A program made the position numbers and the translations under genes. DNA of 37,293 nucleotides from an uncultured Methanosarcinales archaeon (GTDB lineage Archaea; Nanobdellota; Nanobdellia; Woesearchaeales; CAYVYK01). The DNA lies in the NCBI GenBank assembly GCA_964455675.1, contig CAYVYK010000015.1, positions 1 through 37,293 of the forward strand, read 5' to 3'. The notes beneath the pieces are model-generated. The model saw nothing but the letters and a program-made list of their open reading frames with translations. It was not told where the DNA came from and did no database searches. This document shows, piece after piece, positions 28,362 through 37,293 of this stretch (within the stretch, counting starts at the first letter, position 1; each line of letters begins with the position of its first letter).

Positions 28362-29429
28362 ATGAAAATGAATAATCAGTATCAGAGGATTGTTCCGTTC
28401 ATTATTTTCGCATTGGCGCTGGTTCTCCTGTTTGTACTTGTAAGGCCAATGATAACCATTCTGCTGAGTGCCATCCTTTTAGCGTTCGTGTCCTACCCGT
28501 TGCACAAGAGAATAATGAAAAGGCTACCATATCATTCTCTATCAGTCTTTCTATCGTTGCTCCTTGTGGTAATCATAGTGTTGGTTCCATTCTTGTTATT
28601 GGCGTTCGAAGTCACGCAGCAGGGATATTATTTCTATACCTCATTATCAACAAGTATAGAGAAAGGGGCGATATTTGGCTTGGGATGTACAAGCGCGGAC
28701 TCGAAGGTGTGTGCGCTTCTGAACCGTGCCGAAGTATTCAGCATGGAGCGGCTCTCAACTTTCGGTTTTGATAAGCAGCTGCAAAAGTTACTGCTTGTTT
28801 TAGAGCAGATAATTACCAAGTTTGTCCTGAGCATCCCGATTATCATCGCGGAAATATTTCTGACGTTAGTCATTGCCTACTTTATCATGAAGGAGTGGAA
28901 AGTTATGGTTAGGAAGATTGTTGCGTTGCTGCCCATGCGGAAAACGACGATAGGCAGGTTTATCAAGGAGTTCAGGAACATCACTCAAACGGTTATTTAT
29001 GCTCAGCTGTTTGTGGCATTTGTCCAGGGTGTTGCGGGAACGATTGGGTTCTATCTGCTGGGCGTTCCGTTTCCGATAATCCTTGGGCTTTTGATGGCCT
29101 TCTGCGCTCTCATCCCGACGATTGGTACGGCGATTATTTGGTTTCCCGCATCGGTATTTCTGATGGCTAGCGGGTTTTTTTCCCATGATTACTGGATTCT
29201 AGCCAAAGGGATAGCCCTGTTATTGTATGGTCTCCTCGTCATAAGCACGATTGATAATGTTCTCCTGGCACGGTTAGTGCATACCAAAACCAAGGTGAGT
29301 CAGGTCATCGTGATCATTGGAGTGATAGGCGGTGCGACCCTCTTTGGTGTCGCTGGCATATTCATCGGTCCGATATTGCTCCCGCTCCTCATCACATATT
29401 TTGAAACATTCAAGGAACGATTTGAGTGA
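28362..29429 (+). CDS. AI-2E family (UPF0118) transporter
   Basis: LLSAILLAFVSYPL, QLFVAFVQG, ALIPTIGTAIIWFP, STIDNVL, GVIGG..LFGVAGIFIGPILL. Confidence 0.93.
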   Translation: MKMNNQYQRIVPFIIFALALVLLFVLVRPMITILLSAILLAFVSYPLHKRIMKRLPYHSLSVFLSLLLVVIIVLVPFLLLAFEVTQQGYYFYTSLSTSIEKGAIFGLGCTSADSKVCALLNRAEVFSMERLSTFGFDKQLQKLLLVLEQIITKFVLSIPIIIAEIFLTLVIAYFIMKEWKVMVRKIVALLPMRKTTIGRFIKEFRNITQTVIYAQLFVAFVQGVAGTIGFYLLGVPFPIILGLLMAFCALIPTIGTAIIWFPASVFLMASGFFSHDYWILAKGIALLLYGLLVISTIDNVLLARLVHTKTKVSQVIVIIGVIGGATLFGVAGIFIGPILLPLLITYFETFKERFE

Positions 29430-29647
29430 CATTGGCCTTTGACGAAAATTGGCTGATTTTTTATGGCTCGCTCCATTGAAAAAGGGCTTTTTCCGGTCCG
29501 CGCGGTTGCCGGAGGCTTTGAGCTAGGTACTAGGAAATGGTTTGCATTTCTGGCATGAGAGAAATATTCGTGAGATTGCACAAATGCCAGGCATGGTTGA
29601 AATGTTCTTCGATGTTCAGATTAATTGGTAGTATTCTACCAGGTGAC

Positions 29648-30649
29648 CTAGAGTGACCAGATCACCGAAAAGCACAGGTACACAAACCCGCCGATGACGA
29701 CGGTAAAAGGGATGGTGAGGATCCATGACCAAACAATCTTGCGGGCAACTTTCCATCGTACTGCCGCAACGCGCCGTGTTGCTCCAACTCCCGTGATTCC
29801 TCCTGCGATAACGTGGGTCGTGCTCACCGGTATTCCAAAGAGTGTGCACAAAATGATGGTTCCGGCTCCTGCGGTTTCTGCTGCAAATCCGTGAATGGGC
29901 CGAAGGCGTGTGATCTGTGTTCCCATTGTTTTTACTATTCGCCATCCACCCATCAAGGTTCCGAGAGCGATTGTTGTGTGGGAAAGGATGACGACCCAAA
30001 ACGGCACATAGAATGTCGGTCCGAGCATTCCTGCCGTGAATAGAGTGACGGATATGATTCCCATGGTTTTTTGAGCATCATTCGCGCCATGGCTTAAACT
30101 GTATACCCCAGCAGATACGAGTTGTAACTTCTTGAATTTCGTCGTCACTTTCTCAGGATGCACCCGCCGAAATAGCCGTATGACAACACCCATGAATAAG
30201 AATGCCGCGAAAAATCCAAGTACAGGCGCAACCACGATAAACACGACGACTTTGAGGATCCCAGAATAGATGAGTGCGCGGGGACCAACGCCAATAAGTG
30301 CCGCTCCGATGAGTCCCCCGATCAGGGAGTGGCTTGATGATATGGGGATTCCAAGGAACGCGGTTAGGTATACCCAGACTATGGCTCCAATGAGTCCTGC
30401 AATGATGATGGGGATTGTGACGACTTCAGGATCAATGATGCCCTTGCCGATGGTTGCCGCGACCGCTACGCCGAATACGAATGCGGCGATGAAGTTAAAG
30501 AACGCGGCAAACACGACCGCTGCCCTCATGGATAGGACTCCCGTCGCGATGATCGTGGAAATCGCGTTCGATGCGTCATGGAATCCATTTCCAAAGTCGA
30601 AGATGAGCGCAAAGCCTATGGCAACCAGAACGAGGAAGAGTTCAGGCAT
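29648..30649 (-). CDS. PiT family inorganic phosphate transporter
   Basis: FGNGFHDASNAI, GIPISSSHSLIGG, HGANDAQKTMG, GIPVSTTH. Confidence 0.96.
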   Translation of the reverse strand: MPELFLVLVAIGFALIFDFGNGFHDASNAISTIIATGVLSMRAAVVFAAFFNFIAAFVFGVAVAATIGKGIIDPEVVTIPIIIAGLIGAIVWVYLTAFLGIPISSSHSLIGGLIGAALIGVGPRALIYSGILKVVVFIVVAPVLGFFAAFLFMGVVIRLFRRVHPEKVTTKFKKLQLVSAGVYSLSHGANDAQKTMGIISVTLFTAGMLGPTFYVPFWVVILSHTTIALGTLMGGWRIVKTMGTQITRLRPIHGFAAETAGAGTIILCTLFGIPVSTTHVIAGGITGVGATRRVAAVRWKVARKIVWSWILTIPFTVVIGGFVYLCFSVIWSL

Positions 30650-31280
30650 GTTTGATCACAACATTCTCGATGATCACAGATACGTCTTTGATCTTGTCAG
30701 TAACGACCTCAAGGCTTTGATAGAGGTCTTTGAGCTTGATGATCTCAACAGGGTCAGTGCTGCGGGCGAAGAGGTTTGCCATTGCCGCGCAGTAGATGGT
30801 ATCTGCCTTGCTCTCGAGCTCATGGACCTTTCGCGCTGTTTCTCTTGGAAACCGTAGCCTTCGTAGTTCCCCCATGAGGCGCTGGGTGTGCTGCATGCCC
30901 ATGACGATGCATTCCGCAAGGTTGAAGAGGTATGCGTCAACTTTTTTTACGCGATAATGGATGGTCTGCCTCGCTACCTTGTCGAGGAGGTCAAGGACGT
31001 CATCGAGGAGGTTTGCTAGCTCATGGATATCCTCCTTGTCGAGCGGTGTGATGAGTGTGTGATTCAATCGTTCGTTGATCGCGTAGATGATGCGGTCGCC
31101 GCGATGCTCGATTTCTTTGATGCGGGAAACGGTCGCTTCCCTTTGCTCTCGCGATAGCTTTCCGAACGAGTGGATGTATTCCCGGAATACAAGCGCCCCA
31201 TCGAGCGTATTCGCCGCCTGATCGCACAGCATGTCAAAGAATCTCTCCTCTCGCGGCACAAGAAACTCGAAGATATTCAT
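30642..31280 (-). CDS. DUF47 family (PhoU-like) phosphate transport regulator
   Basis: PREERFFDM, IEHRGD, ITPLDKEDI..LA..LDDVLD, LESKAD, LEVVTD; overlaps PiT start. Confidence 0.95.
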   Translation of the reverse strand: MNIFEFLVPREERFFDMLCDQAANTLDGALVFREYIHSFGKLSREQREATVSRIKEIEHRGDRIIYAINERLNHTLITPLDKEDIHELANLLDDVLDLLDKVARQTIHYRVKKVDAYLFNLAECIVMGMQHTQRLMGELRRLRFPRETARKVHELESKADTIYCAAMANLFARSTDPVEIIKLKDLYQSLEVVTDKIKDVSVIIENVVIKHA

Positions 31281-31441
31281 GATTCTATGCGAACGTGGAG
31301 GGTATTATTAACCTTGTCATTGCCCGATATTCAGTATAAAAATGCATTCTGCTGATGAGGATGTTATCCGCTCGTGTAAATAAAAAGAATGATCGATATG
31401 ACATTTGGCATTGTCTGTGGCGAAATCCTTATTGGAAACCT

Positions 31442-33520
31442 TCATTCGCACTGACGTTGGGCTACGATGTTATCGATTAAGATTGTTCGATCCTGTAAAT
31501 CGACAAATCGATCTCCATTTACATCTGCTTGCCAGAAGTGTTCTGCGGTATGCTCATCAAGATAGGTGAAGAACAGGTTGAGGTCGTCAATATTTATTCG
31601 CCAATCACCTGTCAGATCCCCTCTGCAGACAGTACCTTGCGGGGCGTCAAAGCTACTTTTTCCGTATGGCACTTCTTCGTGTGGAGTTCGCTTGCACACC
31701 ATTTCCAGAGGGTTGGCTGTCAACGGGTAGAGCATGAATTCCCAGTCTCTCTTATCGACGAAACGATTGCCATCGGTATCGGCGATCCAGAATGTGGAAG
31801 GGTTATGATCAAGGATGAACTCATCCATCTTCGCCACATCATCGAGTGTCACATATCCATCCCTGTCAAAGTCTCCCTTACACTCGCATAGCGCATCAGT
31901 TCTGGGATCACAGTCAGTGGGTTGACACAGTTCTCCTGGTAACTGGCAGTTGCAGTCGGCGCTGCATGTCCGCACGTTCTCTCCAGGATCGCAAATGCCA
32001 TCTCCACATCGTCTATCAAGTCGGATGTTGAGCATATACATGGCTTCCCACAGGTTCTCATAGGCCTCCGGCCAATTTGGACAGCATACCTCTTCCCACG
32101 TATTCTGCGGGAGCCGGAACTCATCATAACAACAGTTGGGGGCATTGTTCCAGTTAAGTGCAGGATTGTTGCAGTCAACTCTGATTCGGTAATTGTCGTT
32201 AGGATACTCCAAACAAGTATTGAAAACATTGAGGCTCGTGAAGTACCAGTAGCCGTTCACATAGCTGCTAATCTGGTAGAGCCCTTGAAACATGTCAGTA
32301 GGTCCATCTGGGGTGATCCGGGCGATGGAGAACGCAGGGACATAGTAGACCATTATTGTCGGGTGGAATGTGTCTCTTGGAACAAACCTGAAGTACCCGT
32401 CGGTAGTCTTTGAGAGTTCGGGAGGTAACGATGTAATGTCGCCTCCCCCCCACACGTCTGTTCCAAATAACACTGGCACGGTATAGCGAGACCATCCTTG
32501 AAAGAACTCGATAAAGAGTTCACGTAAGTATCTGTTCTCTTGCCAGCTCCATTGAGGTGATTGGTAGGAACCGATAAAGAAATTCGGATTGCTCTGGTGC
32601 ACTTGCTCTTTCATCTGCCTCGTAACGTCGGTTGCCTTAGTTCTCACAAAGGTATGATATCTCTCTAATAGATTGTGGTTTATCAGCCAGTCTCTTCTCG
32701 TGAAGCGGGCGTCCTCGGATACCGGGGGGTTAAGGTTGCCATATCCATAATGTGTGACAAACTCAGAAAATGTTGCAGTGTCATAACTTCCTTCGCGTGA
32801 GAAATAAACCGGGACTTCCTCTTCCGTATCATAGACAACACCATCAAGTACTATGTCATACATTTCAAAATCAATGAGAATTCCGTCAACACGGTATAGT
32901 CCTGGATTTTCCTGCTCAAGGGAAGCTATTTGGGAGACAATAGTTGAGATATACGCCCAGTATTCCCTGTCAAGCGGAGGTATCATCAGACTGTCTTCAA
33001 GAGTCACACCATTAAAGTACAATCCCTTCGTGGTGAAACCATGGAGGGGTTCAAGATAGGTATTCTCAAATTTTATCGTGGGAATGTACACCATATTATG
33101 TAATTTTGCGTACCGTGCGCCTTCCTGTACTCTTCGAAGAACCTCTTCATCATAGTACTTGAAAGATCCAAAGTTTGAGATAAAAGAGTTAAATCTCCTC
33201 TGTTGAAGGACCGCGAGATGTTCAGTGTTGTCAAATTGGGGTTCGGTATACATTATTCTCAAATGCGTCCAGTCTAGCCTGCACGGCCCATCTTCATCGA
33301 CCAAGGTGTCCCCATCATCATCAAGACCATTGCAGTACTCAATTGGGGGTGTGCGGGAGATTTGTTCGGGTATGGCCCTCAGGAGTCCCTTCCTGTCTTG
33401 GATTACATTCCCGACAACAGTTCCCTTCTCAATAAAATGAGTGATGAACTGAACAAGCACAACTACGAGGATAATAAAGATGACAAGTGTTATTTTCTGA
33501 TACTTCTTCAGATTAAACAT
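31442..33520 (-). CDS. Membrane-anchored secreted protein: metal-binding motif, putative glycoside-hydrolase-like barrel, Cys-rich module, two dockerin-like modules
   Basis: N-terminal TM; EYCNGLDDDGDTLVDE; aromatic-rich core with DGILIDFEMY; CGDGICDPGENVRTCSADC; GDFDRDGYVTLDD/ADTDGNRFVDKRD and GDLTGDWRINIDD/ADVNGDRFVDLQD. Confidence 0.82.
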   Translation of the reverse strand: MFNLKKYQKITLVIFIILVVVLVQFITHFIEKGTVVGNVIQDRKGLLRAIPEQISRTPPIEYCNGLDDDGDTLVDEDGPCRLDWTHLRIMYTEPQFDNTEHLAVLQQRRFNSFISNFGSFKYYDEEVLRRVQEGARYAKLHNMVYIPTIKFENTYLEPLHGFTTKGLYFNGVTLEDSLMIPPLDREYWAYISTIVSQIASLEQENPGLYRVDGILIDFEMYDIVLDGVVYDTEEEVPVYFSREGSYDTATFSEFVTHYGYGNLNPPVSEDARFTRRDWLINHNLLERYHTFVRTKATDVTRQMKEQVHQSNPNFFIGSYQSPQWSWQENRYLRELFIEFFQGWSRYTVPVLFGTDVWGGGDITSLPPELSKTTDGYFRFVPRDTFHPTIMVYYVPAFSIARITPDGPTDMFQGLYQISSYVNGYWYFTSLNVFNTCLEYPNDNYRIRVDCNNPALNWNNAPNCCYDEFRLPQNTWEEVCCPNWPEAYENLWEAMYMLNIRLDRRCGDGICDPGENVRTCSADCNCQLPGELCQPTDCDPRTDALCECKGDFDRDGYVTLDDVAKMDEFILDHNPSTFWIADTDGNRFVDKRDWEFMLYPLTANPLEMVCKRTPHEEVPYGKSSFDAPQGTVCRGDLTGDWRINIDDLNLFFTYLDEHTAEHFWQADVNGDRFVDLQDRTILIDNIVAQRQCE

Positions 33521-33702
33521 TGAGCATGTCCTGGCAATACAGGTATAAAAAGGTATTCATCTCTAAAGTTCGAACAAATCTTCCAAAGTGAATCATACAA
33601 AATTCCATCGTACCCAACTCTAGCAATTTTCGGGTGACAATCTATCGACGGTAAAAAGTCATAACAAATTTTATAAATTAAAAACGACCTCTGTGGATTC
33701 TG

Positions 33703-34116
33703 GTGATTGGGATGCTCGATGACATTGTGGGTGAGAAACGCGGAGACGATGGAATGAATGAGACAGAACGTCGATTGTATAACGCGCTGCGGGATATTGG
33801 ATTGAATCCTCAAGCTCAATATCCTGTCGGAAGGTGTGTCCTCGATATTGCGTTCCCAGAAAATGCCTGGGATTTTGAAGTAAACGGACGTTCTCACTAC
33901 ACCCCTGAAGGGAGAGAAGATGATAGGAAGAGGATGCAATTCCTGCACCACACAAATCCACCATGGAAAGTAAAAAGTTTCCATGCTCAAAGAGTGTACG
34001 ATCATCCATACACAGTTGCAAGGGAAATTCAGAGAATATTACAAAAAGATCCACGAGGAGGTTATGGTTTGGGAGGGAAAAGACCTTATCGCACGTGGAA
34101 TCATAGTGATCTATAA
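33703..34116 (+). CDS. DUF559/Vsr-like endonuclease domain protein
   Basis: MNETERRLYNAL...QYPVGRCVLDIAFP....FEVNGRSH...DDRKR..FL...WKV..F; TTTATAAA box upstream. Start could be 33712. Confidence 0.8.
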   Translation: MIGMLDDIVGEKRGDDGMNETERRLYNALRDIGLNPQAQYPVGRCVLDIAFPENAWDFEVNGRSHYTPEGREDDRKRMQFLHHTNPPWKVKSFHAQRVYDHPYTVAREIQRILQKDPRGGYGLGGKRPYRTWNHSDL

Positions 34117-34229
34117 GAATGCTCCCGCTGGGACTCTGGCTGAATGGATGCCTGTTGGGAACAGAGTTTAGGGATTTCATCAACGGGAAATTATGCCTGA
34201 TTGTATGGTAAGATGATTCGGAAAATGTA

Positions 34230-36212
34230 TTACTCGCTGTGGAGCAGGTGAGCAACTCTGGCAACATCATCAACGGTTTGAAATCCATAGGGGTATTCTT
34301 TAGCAACCATGTTCTGTTGTTGCATTGCTGTATATGCCTTGAGGAATGGTGGATTTCTGTTTCCTTGTTCATACTTTCTTTGCGCTTTTGCATATTCTTC
34401 TCCCACAAGAGCACGCCATACCGTATGCATTGCTTGCTTTTCGCGCTTTGTATATTCTGCTTCGGGTGAAAATTCTGGGTCTCTGGCAATCTTTCCAGCA
34501 TCAATGTCCTCTGCTATTTGGCGAAGTCCTTCTGTTCCGATGAAGAATCGTTGGTTGTACATGTATGTTCCCGCCACGTAATTCATTGTGTGGTAGCGTC
34601 TTGCCCATGCGGTGAGTAATTCGTTGACTGCTTCAGCTCCTCCTTTTTGCATTCCATCGGTTTTCACATAGTGCAGGTTTGCTGCGAGATCTCCTTCTGT
34701 ATATGTTCTCTGGAGTCCTTTGATTTCTGGTTTAAATGCATCTGGTGATCCTCTTGCGAGCTTGAACCATGTTGGTTTAATCGTGCTCGTATAGTGTTGC
34801 GCTTGTTCAAGGAATGGAAAGAGACGAAGAGCTTCCTCCATTGTTTCTCCTGGATAGCCAACAAGGAGGAAGACGTGGTTTCGAATACCCGCAGTGTGTG
34901 TGCTTTGGAGTACTTCGTACACATTTGCATTATCGACTCCTTTGAGCATCATTTGCAAGGATTTTACTGATGCGCTTTCTACTCCGAACTGGAGTTCTTC
35001 GCATCCTGCTTGCGCAATGAGTTTGGTAAATTTCGGATCAGCGTATTTTTGCTCGACTCGCGCATAAGCCTTCCATTTGATGTCGATTTTTTCTTCGAGG
35101 ATTCGTTTAGCAATTTTTTCCATGTCACCGGCGAAGAATGTTTCATCTGTAAAGTCAACATAGCGAATTCCTTCTTCATATAATGCTTTGAGATCGGCAA
35201 CTATAGCGTCAATTCCTTTCCTTCGCGAAACAAATCCCATCGGGTTTTGCGCGGATCGATGGGAATAGCTGTCATACCCGTCCATCAGTCCACAGAATCC
35301 GCATTTTCCGTAATTACATCCTCGCTGAAAGTTGTACGAGACAACGGGTGCTGGGGTCCAGTGCTGCAATCCTTTTATGTTAGGTACTGGAAGCTGTCGT
35401 ACGTCAATGACTTCTTGTTGTGGATTGTGTTGCACAGCATCTTCTTTCCAGATGAGTTTGTCAATTTGTGATCTATCCAGTATTTCTGTTCCTTCCCGAA
35501 TGGACTTGACAAGTTTTGCAAAGGACTTGTCTCCTTCCAAGTATATGAGATAGTCCACATTCTCTAGTATTTTCCTATTGAGTTCGTCATCTGTGCTGAG
35601 GGCGGTTCGTGCCCGGCTGATGAAGTTTCCTCCAACAACGACTTTTACGTCAGGTAGTTGCTCTTTGATCATTCTTGCAAGAATGAATCCGGGAATGGCT
35701 TGTTTTCGGTCGGTTATTCCTATACCGATGACAGAATATCCTGTTTCATCGCGCCTTTTTTGTAATTCGGGAATGAGTATTGTTGCGAAGTAATCAGAAA
35801 AGAGGTTTTCTGATGCGTGTTCTAGTGCTGCAAGGATTCCCGCACGGCTTTGTGCGTCATCATGTGGGATATACAGCATTGTATTTCTGTGGATGCTAAT
35901 TTTTTCTCCGTTGGAAAGTGATTGTGAAGCTTTTGCAATTGCGTCTTTCGCTGCTCTGAATTTTTCAAATTTCTCAGGGGTGTAAGAATCCCTGTCCTTA
36001 AGCATTTGAATAGCCTCATGTACGGCAGAATCTTTGTTGTCTAGGAGGTACTCAAGTCCCCCGATGTTGGCGTCAACTACTTCAACACTCAACCCTTCAT
36101 GCTCTGCATATGCCGCTATCGCGGCGATTCCGGGTTGTAGTTCTGTAGGAATGTAAGGTGGTGGAAAGATAAGCAGTGCATCCTTCCCTCGAGATATATT
36201 GTTTACTACCAT
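34230..36212 (-). CDS. B12-binding domain radical SAM protein
   Basis: LLIFPP, GIAAIAAY, VVDANI, VVVGG, RGCNYGKCGFC, FTDETF, QFGVESAS, LVGYPGET. Confidence 0.93.
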   Translation of the reverse strand: MVVNNISRGKDALLIFPPPYIPTELQPGIAAIAAYAEHEGLSVEVVDANIGGLEYLLDNKDSAVHEAIQMLKDRDSYTPEKFEKFRAAKDAIAKASQSLSNGEKISIHRNTMLYIPHDDAQSRAGILAALEHASENLFSDYFATILIPELQKRRDETGYSVIGIGITDRKQAIPGFILARMIKEQLPDVKVVVGGNFISRARTALSTDDELNRKILENVDYLIYLEGDKSFAKLVKSIREGTEILDRSQIDKLIWKEDAVQHNPQQEVIDVRQLPVPNIKGLQHWTPAPVVSYNFQRGCNYGKCGFCGLMDGYDSYSHRSAQNPMGFVSRRKGIDAIVADLKALYEEGIRYVDFTDETFFAGDMEKIAKRILEEKIDIKWKAYARVEQKYADPKFTKLIAQAGCEELQFGVESASVKSLQMMLKGVDNANVYEVLQSTHTAGIRNHVFLLVGYPGETMEEALRLFPFLEQAQHYTSTIKPTWFKLARGSPDAFKPEIKGLQRTYTEGDLAANLHYVKTDGMQKGGAEAVNELLTAWARRYHTMNYVAGTYMYNQRFFIGTEGLRQIAEDIDAGKIARDPEFSPEAEYTKREKQAMHTVWRALVGEEYAKAQRKYEQGNRNPPFLKAYTAMQQQNMVAKEYPYGFQTVDDVARVAHLLHSE

Positions 36213-36230
36213 ATGATAGTAACTACAGGA

Positions 36231-36305
36231 TGCTATGATAAGAGATTATCTGCCAGAATTATTATCATAGTAACAAATTATAAATATATAATGTTATTAT
36301 GATAA
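36231..36305. promoter_or_regulatory. Operator array (TATGATAA/TTATCATA half-sites) around an AT-rich TATA region
   Basis: TGCTATGATAA (36231-36241), TTATCATAGTAACA (36262-36275), TGTTATTATGATAA (36292-36305). The last two form a 14-bp inverted repeat with one mismatch around AATTATAAATATATAA. Confidence 0.65.
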
Positions 36306-36310
36306 CAGAT

Positions 36311-37293
36311 ATGCCACAGATAATCATCCTGTTGGACAAGGTGGACAAAACAATTCTCTACGAATTAGACAAGAATGCCCGTCAAAGCAACGCTGCAATC
36401 GGAAAAAAAGTCCGGCTGAGCAAGGAAGCTGTTGCCTATCGTATCAAGAAGTTAGAAGATAGTAGTCTCATTCTGCGGTACTCAACAATTATCGACTTCT
36501 TCAAGCTCGGCCTCAGCAAATTCAAGTTGTATCTGCGACTACGAAATGCAAGCACCGAAAAAATGGAGGAAATAGGGGAGTATTTCAATCAGCATAAAAA
36601 AACGGAGTGGGTCGTGATTTCTTCCGGAGCATGGGATATTGTAGCAGGATTTATTGTACATAATGTCAATGAGTTCGATGAGGAAGTTCAAAAAGTCCTA
36701 CACCGATTCTCGCCATATATTCACGATAAGGCAACAACGACAACTTTGCATCTCTCCCATGCAACGAGAGAGTACCTTGGAAAGGAAACTGCCGCTCCGA
36801 AAGAATACATCTATTATAAAGCGGTAACCGACCAGGTGAAAGTTGATGAACTCGACATCGAGATTCTCAAATTACTCGCTAACAACGGAAGAATGCCGGT
36901 AACAAAAATTGCAGCGCACCTCAAAACCACCGCACGAATTGTCCAATATAGAATGAGAGAACTCGAGAACCAAGGGGTAATTCTCGCGTACAAGGTCACC
37001 CTTGACCCGCAGAGAATGGGTAATATTTTTTGCAAAGGAATATTCTACCTGGGAAACATAACCCATGATCGCCTCAATGAATTCATGAACTACTGCCACA
37101 ACCTTAACCAGGCACTCTGGCCACAGCGCGTACTGGGGAAGTGGGACGTTGAACTTGACGTGGAAGTTGGTAGCTACGACGAATTCAATAATCTGCTCAT
37201 TAGTATAAAAGAAAAGTTTTCCGATATCATTGTTAACAACGAATTCCTTATAGTGACAAAAGAGTTTAAACTGGATTTTTATCCTGGATGTGC
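36311..37293 (+). CDS. Tandem Lrp/AsnC family transcriptional regulator (3' end runs off the window; absent from ORF track)
   Basis: Own translation: LDKVDKTILYELDKNARQSNAAIGKKVRLSKEAVAYRIKKLE...SGAWD..., then VDELDIEILKLLANNGRMPVTKIAAHL..TARIVQYRMRELENQGVI...LGKWDVELD; no stop seen. Confidence 0.93.
   Translation, partial: MPQIIILLDKVDKTILYELDKNARQSNAAIGKKVRLSKEAVAYRIKKLEDSSLILRYSTIIDFFKLGLSKFKLYLRLRNASTEKMEEIGEYFNQHKKTEWVVISSGAWDIVAGFIVHNVNEFDEEVQKVLHRFSPYIHDKATTTTLHLSHATREYLGKETAAPKEYIYYKAVTDQVKVDELDIEILKLLANNGRMPVTKIAAHLKTTARIVQYRMRELENQGVILAYKVTLDPQRMGNIFCKGIFYLGNITHDRLNEFMNYCHNLNQALWPQRVLGKWDVELDVEVGSYDEFNNLLISIKEKFSDIIVNNEFLIVTKEFKLDFYPGC

Noticed and set aside
34117..34229. RiPP precursor peptide downstream of the radical SAM gene
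   Set aside because: No suitably oriented short ORF with start signals or leader/core pattern.

Overview
37.3 kb of gene-dense chromosome, most likely from a DPANN archaeon (Woesearchaeota/Nanoarchaeota-like). This is an inference from TATA-like boxes about 22-27 nt upstream of most first-in-unit start codons (leaderless mRNAs), TrmB and tandem-Lrp regulators, and sequon-rich surface proteins. Contents in order: tRNA-Arg(CCG); a K+ channel; a Tam41/Mmp37-like nucleotidyltransferase (the family of the mitochondrial CDP-DAG synthase); TrmB; rubrerythrin-VIT1; a DHS-like plus ornithine/lysine decarboxylase polyamine operon; a secreted esterase; a SAM methyltransferase; a three-gene wHTH operon divergent from a bacterial-type hsp20-groES-groEL operon; a second K+ channel; acyltransferase-3; a 1613-aa glycosylated surface protein preceded by a coupled 48-aa ORF; a propeller protein with a dockerin-like tail; LOG; an all-plus-strand, mostly Shine-Dalgarno-led stress/dormancy block (Ig-TM-DUF4332 fusion, 39-aa basic protein, decayed small membrane genes, SHOCT, YqjE-like, WrbA, ElaB/YqjD, AI-2E); PiT plus DUF47; a second dockerin-bearing secreted protein; DUF559; and a B12-radical SAM gene divergent from a truncated tandem Lrp gene. 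No CRISPR array, integrase or transposase was seen. Family calls rest on motif recall, not database searches. Several start codons were moved from the ORF track using promoter/RBS spacing.
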